Source: an uncultured Candidatus Rokubacteria bacterium
GTDB taxonomy: Bacteria; Methylomirabilota; Methylomirabilia; Rokubacteriales; DASRDR01
Direction of reading: 5' to 3'
Length of the DNA: 64,000 nt
NCBI GenBank assembly: GCA_963708025.1
Contig: CAVPSB010000022.1
Coordinates: 64,001 to 128,000, forward strand
The notes beneath the pieces were generated by a model that was not told the origin of the DNA, searched no databases, and saw only the letters and a list, made by a program, of their open reading frames with translations. Numbering within the stretch: position 1 is the stretch's first letter; each line of letters starts with the position of its first letter. Below, in pieces: positions 37,247 to 46,425 of the stretch. A program made the position numbers and the translations under genes.

Positions 37247-38164
37247 CTAACAGACGATCAGGGGCTCGGCGTCCGTGATCACCCGCTCCGATCGCGCCAG
37301 GGCCTGCCGGATGTGCTTGGGCAGGCTGAACATGTGCTGGTGGGCCAGGCCGTCGTAGAAGCCCAGCTCCCCGGGCACCCGCTCGCGGAGGCGCCGGTCG
37401 ACGGCGTCCGGGGTGAGCTCGCGCGGATCGCCGGACCGGGAGGCCACGATGAACCCCCAGGGGGTCCCGAAGCACGAGATGTAGGACTGGTAGGGGGCGA
37501 CGACGGGAAACACCTCCCGCAGCGTGCGCGCCATGGCGGCGTAGAAGTCCAGCTCGCCGACCTTGGTCATCCCGGCCTGCAGCGTCAGCGCCCCCTCGGG
37601 GGACAGGCGGCTCTGCAGCAGACGGTAGAACTCGCGGGTGAACAGGAGGCAGGCCGGCCCCTCCTCCAGGGGCTCGGTCAGATCGACGATCGCCACGTCG
37701 AACCGTTCCCGGGTGGTCTCCAGGTAGGCGCGAGCGTCCTCGTGGCGCAGCTCGGTCCGCGGATCGTCGAAGGCGTTCCGGTGCATCTCGGGGAGGTGCT
37801 CGCGGCAGGCGGCCACGACCGCGTCGTCGATGTCCACCATGACCGCCTTCTGGATGGACGGGTAGCGCAGCACCTCTCGCAGGGTCGCCCCCTCGCCGCC
37901 GCCGATGACGAGTGCCGTCGTCGGGTGGGGCGGCAGGATCATGCCGGGGTGGACGAGCGTCTCGTGGTAGACGAACTCGTCCGCGGCGCTCGACTGGATG
38001 CGCCCGTCCAGGACGAGGCACTTCCCGTAGCTCGCGGTCTCCAAGATCTCCATCTGCTGAAACTTGGTGCGGAGCGCGAAGATCGTCCGGGTGATGGCGT
38101 GAAAGTGCCCCTCGACGGGGGTGGTCGTCTCAAAAAACCACTTGTAGACGTTCGGCTGGGCCAT
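37247..38164 (-). CDS. speE: Polyamine aminopropyltransferase (spermidine synthase family)
   Basis: LVLDGRIQSS..DEFVYHETLVHP, IGGGEGATLREVL, MVDID, AFDDPR, IVDLTEP, LFTREFY. Confidence 0.93.
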   Translation of the reverse strand: MAQPNVYKWFFETTTPVEGHFHAITRTIFALRTKFQQMEILETASYGKCLVLDGRIQSSAADEFVYHETLVHPGMILPPHPTTALVIGGGEGATLREVLRYPSIQKAVMVDIDDAVVAACREHLPEMHRNAFDDPRTELRHEDARAYLETTRERFDVAIVDLTEPLEEGPACLLFTREFYRLLQSRLSPEGALTLQAGMTKVGELDFYAAMARTLREVFPVVAPYQSYISCFGTPWGFIVASRSGDPRELTPDAVDRRLRERVPGELGFYDGLAHQHMFSLPKHIRQALARSERVITDAEPLIVC

Positions 38165-38561
38165 TCGACGCGGCACCTTCCTTCTCGGTCTTGTTGAGGG
38201 GTCCGGGACTGCCCGGGAACACGCCGCGCTTGACTTCCACGCACGAGGCCCGGCTGGCCTGGAATTGCTCGACCAGGTATGAGGCCGCCTCGGCCGGCTT
38301 CAGGGTATCGCCGCAGGAGAAAATGTTGACGGCGGCGTACCGGTATTCGGGCCACGTGTGGATGGAGAGGTGCGACTCGGCGATCACCACCACACCGGAG
38401 ATCCCGAACGGGTTGAACTCGTGAAACACCACGTCGATGATGGTAGCCTCGGCACGCTTCGCCGCTTCCACCAGTGCGGCCTTCACGGTTTCGAGGTTGT
38501 TGAGGATCTCGGAGCTGCAGTCGTGCAGCTCCAACAGCAGGTGACGACCCAGGCTGTGCAC
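38130..38561 (-). CDS. speD: S-adenosylmethionine decarboxylase proenzyme (class 1B)
   Basis: LGRHLLLEL.DC, F.PFGISGVVVIAE/SHLSIHTWPE, IFSCG. Confidence 0.93.
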   Translation of the reverse strand: MHSLGRHLLLELHDCSSEILNNLETVKAALVEAAKRAEATIIDVVFHEFNPFGISGVVVIAESHLSIHTWPEYRYAAVNIFSCGDTLKPAEAASYLVEQFQASRASCVEVKRGVFPGSPGPLNKTEKEGAASNGPAERLQVVF

Positions 38562-38709
38562 TCCGATCGACCCCCTTCCCTCGCCCGAGACCGCGCCCGT
38601 CGATCATCGGCTCGCGGCGGTGCCGGCCGGCGACCGTCGCGCGCCACTCACTTGCGGGCCGCGATCTCTTCCCCGAAAAAATTTCGAGACCGGGGCGAAA
38701 TTCGCCTGA

Positions 38710-38776
38710 ATTATAGAGCACGAAGACCGCGATGCAAGGAAAAAATGCTTGCGTTTTAGTTTTGGGCCAGTATCAT
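38710..38776. promoter_or_regulatory. Back-to-back divergent sigma70-like promoters for speD and pdaD
   Basis: Minus strand TTGCAT-16-TATAAT (38737-38710); plus strand TTGCGT-16-TATCAT (38749-38776), in an AT-rich patch. Confidence 0.55.
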
Positions 38777-38893
38777 CAGGACCGGCTTCGGACCAATCGC
38801 GACGTGAAGCCGGAGCGAGCGATGTCGCCCGAGAGCCGAAGGCCGACGAAACATCGCGAGGCCGGAGCCGTCGCGAGCGAAAAGGAGGTGGCG

Positions 38894-39376
38894 ATGATCT
38901 GGAAGAAGGTGACGAAGGTGGCGGTGACGGCCGGCGCGGCCGAGGGTGGCACGGCACTGAACGCGTTCGACAACGCGCTCCTGGCGGCCGGGATCGGCAA
39001 CGTGAACCTCGTCAAGATCTCCAGCATCGTCCCGCCCGACGTTGACGTCGTCGACCTCCCCCAGATCAAGCCCGGCGCGATCGTCCCCACCGCCTACGCC
39101 TCCCTGACCAGCGAGACGCCCGGCGAGACGATCGCGGCGGCGGTCGGCTACGCGTTGCCCGAGGACCGGACCAAGGCCGGCGTCATCATGGAGTTCCACG
39201 GCCAGGCCGACCGGGCCACCGCCGAGCAGAGCGTCCGCGCCATGCTGGCGGAAGCCTTCGCCGTCCGCGGCGAGCGCATCCGGGAGCTGCGGGTGGTGGT
39301 GGCCGAGCACCGCGTCCGGGCGGTCGGCGGCGTGGTCGCGGCGATTCCCCTCCTGTCGGAAGAGGACCTCATCTGA
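38894..39376 (+). CDS. pdaD: Pyruvoyl-dependent arginine decarboxylase
   Basis: AAGGAGG RBS; LNAFDNALLAAGIGNVNLVKIS/SIVPP self-cleavage motif; GVIME. Confidence 0.88.
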   Translation: MIWKKVTKVAVTAGAAEGGTALNAFDNALLAAGIGNVNLVKISSIVPPDVDVVDLPQIKPGAIVPTAYASLTSETPGETIAAAVGYALPEDRTKAGVIMEFHGQADRATAEQSVRAMLAEAFAVRGERIRELRVVVAEHRVRAVGGVVAAIPLLSEEDLI

Positions 39377-39453
39377 CGGGATCTCCCCGTCCCCGCCGGG
39401 GGAGCGGGTCGGGGTAAGCCCCCGATCCTCGCCTTCCGGGGAGGGAGTGTCGA

Positions 39454-40341
39454 ATGGCCCTGAGGCCCGCGCGTCCCCCCTTCATCGCGTGCCGCCCGGA
39501 CCCCCTCGGGGCGGACGTCGTCCTTTACGGCATCCCGTTCGAAGGCCGGGTGAACCAGCGGAAGGGCGCGTCGCTGGGCCCCGGCGCCGTCCGGCGCGCC
39601 TCGGACCTCCTCGAGACCTACGTCCCCGCCCTCGGCCTCGACCTCGCCGACCTCGCCCTGGCCGATGCCGGCGACGTCCCCGTCCCCGACGCGGAGCCGC
39701 GGGCCGCGCTGGCCGTCGTCGAGCGGGAGCTCCGGGCCGCCCTGGACCCGCGCCAGCGCTGGGTCTTCCTGGGGGGAGACCACACGGTGGCGGCGCCGAT
39801 CGTGGCGGCGGCCCTGGCTCACTATCCCGACCTCCGCGTCGTCCAGTTCGACGCCCACCCAGACCTCCGGTCGCAGTACCTCGGCGAGGCCTGGAACTAC
39901 GCCTCGGCGATGACCCGCGTGCTGGACCACCTCGCCCCGGACCGGCTCTACCAGATCGGGCTCCGGACCGGCGATCGCGAGGAGTGGCTCCCCCCCCGCG
40001 GCACCCGGGTCTTCCCCGGCTGGAGCATCCCGGCGGCCCAGGCAGCAGCCCAGGTCGCGGCCGAGGTCGGAAGTCACCCGCTCTACGTGACCCTCGACAT
40101 CGACGTCCTCGATCCCGCGGTGGCCCCGGGAACCGGCTCGCCCGAGCCCGGCGGGATCGGGCTCCACGAGCTCCTGGGCGCTCTCCGGCACCTCGGGGCC
40201 GCGCGGGTCATCGGCTTCGACCTCGTCGAGGTCTCGCCCCTCTGGGATCCCGGGGGCCGGACGGCGATCACGGCGGCGGCCGTGGTGCGAGAGGCCATCC
40301 TCGGCTGGTGGACCAAGCCGTCGCCGGGATCCACGCGCTGA
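39454..40341 (+). CDS. speB: Agmatinase / ureohydrolase
   Basis: GP.AVRRAS, LGGDH, QFDAHPD, TLDIDVLDP..APGTGSPEPGG, GFDLVEVSP. Confidence 0.88.
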   Translation: MALRPARPPFIACRPDPLGADVVLYGIPFEGRVNQRKGASLGPGAVRRASDLLETYVPALGLDLADLALADAGDVPVPDAEPRAALAVVERELRAALDPRQRWVFLGGDHTVAAPIVAAALAHYPDLRVVQFDAHPDLRSQYLGEAWNYASAMTRVLDHLAPDRLYQIGLRTGDREEWLPPRGTRVFPGWSIPAAQAAAQVAAEVGSHPLYVTLDIDVLDPAVAPGTGSPEPGGIGLHELLGALRHLGAARVIGFDLVEVSPLWDPGGRTAITAAAVVREAILGWWTKPSPGSTR

Positions 40342-40345
40342 AGAG

Positions 40346-40385
40346 CTTCGGGGGGGTCGGAAGGTCCCCCGATGCCCTCCCTCGG
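40346..40385. repeat. Palindromic repeat family E (copy 1)
   Basis: GGGGGGGTCGGAAGGTCCCCCGATGCCCTCC resembles the reverse complement of 61889-61927 (GGGGGTCTCGGAAGACCCCCCGATTCCCCC). Confidence 0.55.
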
Positions 40386-40416
40386 ATGTCCCGATTTCTC
40401 GGATAGAGACGAAGCG

Positions 40417-41196
40417 GTGAGAACGAGCTCGGGCGGCGGGTACGACTACCCGCGCTACTACGAGATCGCGTTCAACGTCAATCGGAAGCGCGAGTGCGAT
40501 TTCCTGGAAGCCGCGTTCCGCCGGCATGCTCGCCGGCGCGTCTCGCGGGTCGTCGACCTCGCGTGCGGCACCGGCCAGCACCTCGTCCGATTGGCTCAGC
40601 GCGGCTACCGCATGACCGGGATCGACCTGTCGGCCGAGAACGTGCGCTACGTCGCGACCCGGGCGGCGGCGCTCGGGCTCCCGGTGCGGATGCAGCGCGC
40701 CGACATGGCCGCGTTCCGCCTGCCGGAGCGGCAGGACGCGGCGATCTGCATGACCGATTCCCAGGGGCACCTCCTGACCAACGAGGCCATCCTGGCCCAT
40801 TTCCGGTGCGTGGCGCGGGCGCTCCGGCCCGGCGGCCTCTACGTCTTCGACCGGATGCTGCCGGACGACTGGTTCGACCCCACGCACGAGTACCGCTGGA
40901 CGCGCCGCCAGGGGGCGACCCGGGTCACGACGACCTTTCGCACCCTGCTGGACGTGGACCCGGTGCGACAGGTCTGCTGGGAGGAGATGGCCTTCACCGT
41001 GGAGGAGCGCGGGGTCGTCCGGCGCACCCGGCAGCGCCACCCGACCCGGGTGGTCTTTCCGCAGGAGCTGCGCGCCCTCGTCGAGCTGTCGGGCGCCTTC
41101 GACCTGGTCGCGTGGCACCCCAACTTCACGCTGAAACGCCGGCTCGAGGAGTCCCGGCATCCCATGATGCTCGTCGCGATCCTCCGCCGGAAGTAG
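40417..41196 (+). CDS. Class I SAM-dependent methyltransferase (paralog 1)
   Basis: VVDLACGTG.H...LA.RGY.MTGIDLS, ADM..F, DAAIC, ALRPGGLYVFD. Confidence 0.88.
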   Translation: MRTSSGGGYDYPRYYEIAFNVNRKRECDFLEAAFRRHARRRVSRVVDLACGTGQHLVRLAQRGYRMTGIDLSAENVRYVATRAAALGLPVRMQRADMAAFRLPERQDAAICMTDSQGHLLTNEAILAHFRCVARALRPGGLYVFDRMLPDDWFDPTHEYRWTRRQGATRVTTTFRTLLDVDPVRQVCWEEMAFTVEERGVVRRTRQRHPTRVVFPQELRALVELSGAFDLVAWHPNFTLKRRLEESRHPMMLVAILRRK

Positions 41197-41203
41197 CCCG
41201 AGC

Positions 41204-41998
41204 ATGGCCCCGGCGCGAACAGCCGGCGGAGTCGCCACGCCCTATGCCCAGCCGGCCGCCTACGACGTGGCCTTCGCCGCCCACCGGGAAACCGAGGTCG
41301 CGTTCCTGGTCGGCTGCTTCCGGCGGTGGGGTCGCGGCGGGGTCCGGCGGGTCCTCGACATCGCGTGCGGGACCGGCCCCCACCTGGTCCGCCTCGCACG
41401 ACGCGGCTACCGCGTGACCGGCCTCGACACCTCGGCGGCGAACCTCGCGTACGTCGCCGCCCGGGCGCGGCGCGCGGGGGTCGCCGTCACCCTCACGGCG
41501 CAGGACATGGGCACGTTCCGGCTGACGGAGCGACACGACGCGGCGATCTGTCTCCAGAACTCTCAGGGCTATCTGCTGACGAACGCCGACCTGCTCCGGC
41601 ATTTCCGGAGCGTCACCCGCGCGCTCCGCCCGGGTGGCCTCTACGTCTTCGACCGGTACCTCCTGTCCTCGTGGCGCGACCCGGTCCGACGCTGGCTCTG
41701 GGAGCGACGGCGGGGCGGCCTCACGGTGCGGAGCGCGCTCTCGATGCTCCACGACGTGGACCCCGTGTGCCAGACCTTCGAAGAGCGGTTGACCCTGGAG
41801 GTCGGCGAGGGTCCGGCCTCCGCCGTCTACCGGCACGCCGAGCGCTCGCGGCTGGTCTTCCCCCAGGAGCTCCGCACGCTGGTCGCGCTGGCCGGTGGCT
41901 TCGAGTGGCTCGGCTGGTTCTCGCGCTACAGCCTGGCCCGACCGCTCGAGCGCGCCCGCCGGCCGATCATGCTGATCGCGGTCCTGCGCCGCCGCTGA
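41204..41998 (+). CDS. Class I SAM-dependent methyltransferase (paralog 2)
   Basis: VLDIACGTG.HLVRLARRGY, DAAIC.NSQG.LLTN, ALRPGGLYVFDR, FPQELR.LV; collinear with paralog 1. Confidence 0.88.
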   Translation: MAPARTAGGVATPYAQPAAYDVAFAAHRETEVAFLVGCFRRWGRGGVRRVLDIACGTGPHLVRLARRGYRVTGLDTSAANLAYVAARARRAGVAVTLTAQDMGTFRLTERHDAAICLQNSQGYLLTNADLLRHFRSVTRALRPGGLYVFDRYLLSSWRDPVRRWLWERRRGGLTVRSALSMLHDVDPVCQTFEERLTLEVGEGPASAVYRHAERSRLVFPQELRTLVALAGGFEWLGWFSRYSLARPLERARRPIMLIAVLRRR

Positions 41999-42017
41999 CG
42001 GGGCAGGACGTCCGACG

Positions 42018-43193
42018 GTGGCCCGGCTCGTCCTCCGTCCCCGTCACGAGGCCCGGCTCCTGGCCGGGCATCCCTGGGTCTACCGCTCCGACGTGGCGCG
42101 GCTGGACGGCCCCTGGCGCCCGGACGAGGCGGTGACGGTCGCGGACGCCGCCGGCCGCGTGGTCGGGCGCGGCTTCTACAACCCGCGCCCCCAGATCGTG
42201 TGCCGCCTCCTGACGCGGCTCGACGAGCCGGTGGACCGGGCCTTCTTCGAGCGCCGGCTCCAGGCGGCGTGGCGCTTCCGCCAGTCGCTCGGCTACGACG
42301 GCGATGCCGGCCGGGTGGTGGGGAGCGAGGGCGACGGGCTGCCCGGCCTGATCCTGGACCGCTACGCAGACACGTTAGTCCTCCAGACGCTGACCCTCGG
42401 GATCGCGGCGCACGCGGCCACGCTCGCGGAGCTGGCGGCCGCCACCGTGGGCGCGCGGGCGGTGTACCGGCGAGCCGACGCCGCGGCGGCGGCGATCGAA
42501 GGGCTCGAGGACGGCTCGGGCTGGCTCGTGGGTGAGGCGGCGCTCGACGTGGAGATCCGCGAGGGCCCCTGCCGCTTCCGCGTCGATCTCGCCGCCGGGC
42601 ACAAGACCGGCTTCTACCTCGACCAGCGGGAGAACCGCCCCGCCGTCGCGCGGCTGGCCGCCGGCCGCGAGGTGCTCGACGCCTTCTGTTACACCGGGGC
42701 CTTCAGCGCCTGGGCCCTCCGGAGCGGCGCCGACGGGGTCGTGGGCGTGGAGTCCTCGGCCGAGGCCGGGGAGCGGGCCCGGGCCCACGCCGAGCTGAAC
42801 GGCGGCGCCGGCCGCTTCACGCTGCTCCAGGGGAACGCGTTCGACGTCCTCCGGGACTTCCAGCGGGATGGCCGGCGGTTCGATCTCGTCGTCCTCGACC
42901 CCCCGTCGTTCACCCGCCGCAAGACCGCCGTCGAGCCCGCGCTGCGGGGCTACAAGGAGATCAACCTCCGCGCCCTCGCCTGTCTCCGGCCCGGGGGCCT
43001 CCTCGCCACCTTCTCGTGCTCGCACCACGTGAGCCCCGCCCTCTTCGAGGAGGTCTGCCGGGCGGCGGCAGGCGATGCCCGGCGCACCGTCCGCGTCCGG
43101 GCAACGTACCTCCAGGCCCAGGACCACCCCATCATCCTGACCATCCCGGAGACGCGCTACCTGAAGGGCTTCCTGCTGGAAGCTCTGGACTAG
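42018..43193 (+). CDS. rlmI: RlmI-like 23S rRNA m5C methyltransferase
   Basis: PUA domain GHPWVY, SEGDGLPGLI.DRY, GHKTGFYLDQRENR, VLDAFCYTG.F, VLDPPSF, TFSCS, PETRYLK. Confidence 0.85.
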   Translation: MARLVLRPRHEARLLAGHPWVYRSDVARLDGPWRPDEAVTVADAAGRVVGRGFYNPRPQIVCRLLTRLDEPVDRAFFERRLQAAWRFRQSLGYDGDAGRVVGSEGDGLPGLILDRYADTLVLQTLTLGIAAHAATLAELAAATVGARAVYRRADAAAAAIEGLEDGSGWLVGEAALDVEIREGPCRFRVDLAAGHKTGFYLDQRENRPAVARLAAGREVLDAFCYTGAFSAWALRSGADGVVGVESSAEAGERARAHAELNGGAGRFTLLQGNAFDVLRDFQRDGRRFDLVVLDPPSFTRRKTAVEPALRGYKEINLRALACLRPGGLLATFSCSHHVSPALFEEVCRAAAGDARRTVRVRATYLQAQDHPIILTIPETRYLKGFLLEALD

Positions 43194-43307
43194 ACCAGTC
43201 GAGCCGAACCAGACCGGGCGCGTCGCCCCTGCCTCCCCGGCAACTGTCTACGCAACCTCGATCGAACCGATCTCGCAGTGGGCGCTCGGACGAGGAGGAC
43301 GGGGCCG

Positions 43308-44362
43308 ATGACTTCGCACGCAAGACCCGCTTTGGCCACGACCGAAGCGTCCCATCGAACAATCCGAAACATCACCGGCTCGCTCGTGGCGCTCGTGCTG
43401 GTGGCCGGACCGTCGAGTGCCGTAGCTACCGTCACCGTATTCGGGCCGACGCTGTACACCCAGACGGGAAGTGCCCCTGTCCATTCGTGCCTGCCGAACC
43501 GGGCCGCGAAGGTCCGGACGGAGAACGGGCCACAGGGTCGCCCCAAGGTGACGAGGGCAACGGTTCGTCTCAACGGCAGACCGTGATCAGCTTCACGTCG
43601 AGCGGCGGCAACCCGATCCGCGAGAAAGTGGTCACGCTCAACGCCGACAACACGATCGCCGTCACCACCCTGTCCGGCCCGACCGGGGCGACACTGGCCG
43701 TGAGCATCCTGAGCGACGTTCCGTGTCTCGACGTGACGATCGCCAGTCCCAGTCCGGGCGTCCAGGTACCCCAGGGGCCGCTGGTCGTGCGTGGCACGGT
43801 CCCGGCCATCGCCGGGGCCGGTGTGACGGTCAACGGCGTGCCCGCCGCCGTGGCCGGGACGGCGTTCGGCGCGGTCGTGCCGATCGACGCGACCGTGAGC
43901 GAGCTGGTTGTCCTGGCCGTCGCCCCTGATGGCACGCGAGGCGAGGCCCGCCGCGCACTCCTGGTGTCGGAGGACGAGGCCCCCGTGATCCTGCGGGCCA
44001 CCCCGAGATCCGGCCCCGCCCCGCTCGATGTCGAATTCAATCTCACGACCTCGGTGCCGGTGATCAGCGTCTCCCTGGATCTCCAAGGATCGGGAACCCC
44101 CACGTTCCAGGGGCCGACGCTCCAGGGGCAGACGTTCAGCTATCCCAGCCCGGGGCTCTTCTATCCTGTAGTCACGGTGACCGACGACCAGGGCCAGCAG
44201 CACGTCGCCACGACGCTCGTCAACGTCCAGGACCTTGCGGCGCTCGACGGTCAGCTTCAGGCCAAGTGGGCGGCGCTTCGCACCGCCCTCGCGCAGGGCG
44301 ACGTGGTGGCGGCGAGTGCCCTCTTCACGGGGCGGCGCCCGGACAGGGATCGGGAAAGGTGA
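43308..44362 (+). pseudogene. Disrupted exported Ig-like/PKD domain protein
   Basis: GAGGAGG-ATG 43308 and a signal-like segment; frame change at about 43490-43585; VTVNGVPA, PLDVEF, YPSPGLFYPVVTVTDDQG, LQAKW.AL..AL..GD, then abrupt truncation. Confidence 0.6.
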
Positions 44363-44593
44363 TCTACTACCTCTCGCCGTCGGATCAGCCCGTGACATGC
44401 CGCTTCATCTTCAAGGGTCGCTTCGACGGCGACCCGCCGCTCGTCCCAGGCTCCGATCCCTCCAGTTGGCCCGTACGGAGCGCTCACGCCGTGGCCTGCC
44501 CCGTCTCGTAGGAGCCGCGTCTCCCTCGGGGCCTCTCGAGGCTCCCACGGGAGTCGCCGTCAACCCCGGCTACTGGGGCCTGGAGAAGCGGGA

Positions 44594-45169
44594 ATGAGCC
44601 GGCGCGCGGCTCACATGGGCCTGGGGCCGCTCATCCTGCTGGCGGCGCTCCTCATGGCGCCACAGCCGGGCAGGGGGCAGCCCTACCTCGAAGGGTATCG
44701 GGGACCCTATCACGGACGCGTCGTGGACGCGGAGACCGGCCGCCCGCTGGCCGGGGCGGTGGTCGTGGCGGTGTGGAGCCGGGAACGGCTCCTGCCCTTC
44801 CACTCATCGACCGTGTTCCACGCGGTGCGCGAAGCCTTGACCGGGCCGGACGGAACCTGGGTCCTCGACGGCCGCGACGTAGAGGAGCACGCGCCGGCCC
44901 GGACCCTGCCCCCATCGTTCGACGTCTACTACCCAGGATACGCGGCCATCACCAGCGGAGCGTTCACTAGGTTCGGCGGCTCTGAGATAGGTGACATGGC
45001 CGCCGGCGGCACCGTCCGCCTCCCGCGGCTCCGGACGCGGGAGGACCGCCGCCTGAGGTTCCCTCTGGTGCCCGACACTCCGAGGCCGTTTCGGGACGTA
45101 CCGAACCTGATGCGGCTGATCAACATCGAACGAGCAAATCTCGGTTTGGAGCCGTTGTACGGCGAATGA
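44594..45169 (+). CDS. Exported protein with a carboxypeptidase-regulatory-like beta-sandwich
   Basis: Signal peptide; GPYHGRVVDAETGRPLAGAVVVAVW, EALTGPDG, YYPGY, PNLMRLIN.ER..LGL. Confidence 0.72.
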   Translation: MSRRAAHMGLGPLILLAALLMAPQPGRGQPYLEGYRGPYHGRVVDAETGRPLAGAVVVAVWSRERLLPFHSSTVFHAVREALTGPDGTWVLDGRDVEEHAPARTLPPSFDVYYPGYAAITSGAFTRFGGSEIGDMAAGGTVRLPRLRTREDRRLRFPLVPDTPRPFRDVPNLMRLINIERANLGLEPLYGE

Positions 45170-45330
45170 GACGCATGGAGGAGCGATGAATGGCTCACAC
45201 ACTGTGCGACGGCACGCTTCCGGATGAGACCGCGCGAGCGCCGGCCAGGGGCCCCGGCGAGTCCCGAGGACCCCTGGCGGCGCTCGGGCCGGGAATCTAC
45301 CGGCCTGCCGAGGCTCGCCCTCCGAGTCGA

Positions 45331-45924
45331 TCAGTCGTCGTCGTCTTCGTCCAGCTGGGCGCGGATCTCGCCGGGGGCGAACCGATCGGTGTGGACGTTC
45401 GCGTAGACCGCGCCGGTCCGTAGGGCCTCCAGAAGGGCGTCGAAGCCCTCCTCACCGGCGGGGAGCCCTTGGCCGGCCAGCGCGAGAACGTGCTGCGGGC
45501 GGATGGTGCCGGTCACTTTCCCGGAGGGGCTCGGGCACGTTGCGGTGTCCGCCGCCACGGTGGCGGGGGCGGGATTTTCCGTCGACTCGCACAGCCACAC
45601 GGTGATGCCGCCGGTGGTGTGCCTCTGGCCGAAGTGGAGGTGAGCCTGGTTGACGAACTGAGTGCCCGCGATCGTCGTGTCGCCGGCGTCGGGGAAGGCG
45701 TAGGTCAGCTCGAAATGGATCTCGCGGTCATGCTTGTCGATCCTGAGCTTGATCCGACCGCTGCCGGTACTGAAGATGGCGCCAACGCCGAGGGACGGGC
45801 CGTGCACTTCGTTGAATCCCGAGAGCGTCGCGCGGAGCCGGTCATCGTCGGCCTGGCCCGGCGCCGGGGCCAGGAGGGCGAGTAGCCCGACTGCGGCCAA
45901 GAAGGTCCTGAAGCGTCCGTTCAC
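45331..45924 (-). CDS. CHRD domain-containing secreted protein
   Basis: Signal peptide; LSGFNEV, QAHLHFG, YANVHT..F..GEIRAQL. Confidence 0.85.
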   Translation of the reverse strand: MNGRFRTFLAAVGLLALLAPAPGQADDDRLRATLSGFNEVHGPSLGVGAIFSTGSGRIKLRIDKHDREIHFELTYAFPDAGDTTIAGTQFVNQAHLHFGQRHTTGGITVWLCESTENPAPATVAADTATCPSPSGKVTGTIRPQHVLALAGQGLPAGEEGFDALLEALRTGAVYANVHTDRFAPGEIRAQLDEDDDD

Positions 45925-46425
45925 CTTTCTTCCTCCTTCGATAGGTCGACAGGACTTCGGCGACCCGCCCCCCGGACCGACCCCAACTCAAGGCCCGGGC
46001 GAGGCGGTCCCTCCCCTTCTTCCCCCGTTGCGCTGGCGCTCCTCCTTTCTCGCCGGAATCGCGAGCGTTGCTCGAACTGCCTGGAGGGGGGACACAGGAT
46101 GACGCAGGAGTGCAATCGACCATGGACGCCGCTCTCGACGTGCCGTCCCGACCTCCCACAGCCCGCCCCGGACGGGAGCAACGCAGGATCACTCCGCCTT
46201 CGCCCCCGCGAGGTGGGCCGTCCCGGGTGCCGGGTCGGCTTCGCAGGGGCAGGCAGCGGGCGCCTCACTCGGCCGGGCGCCCATCGCCTGGGCGGAGGTG
46301 ACGTTGGTGAAACCCCCGACCCGCGGCTCCGGTTCCGTCGCCGGCCTCGCGCCGCCACTTCCCATCCGGGATTTGGCGCCAGGCGACGTCCGGGGGGCGT
46401 CAGTCGGCTGGCAGGTCTGGTGGGA

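Noticed and set aside
38130..38164. speD/speE overlap read as a broken SpeD-SpeE fusion
   Set aside because: speE has its own ATG with an upstream GAAGGAAGG tract and both proteins are full length. A 35-bp overlap is unremarkable.
45925..46425. About 500-bp gap upstream of the CHRD gene as a possible riboswitch or small gene
   Set aside because: I found no recognisable motif or credible ORF by eye.
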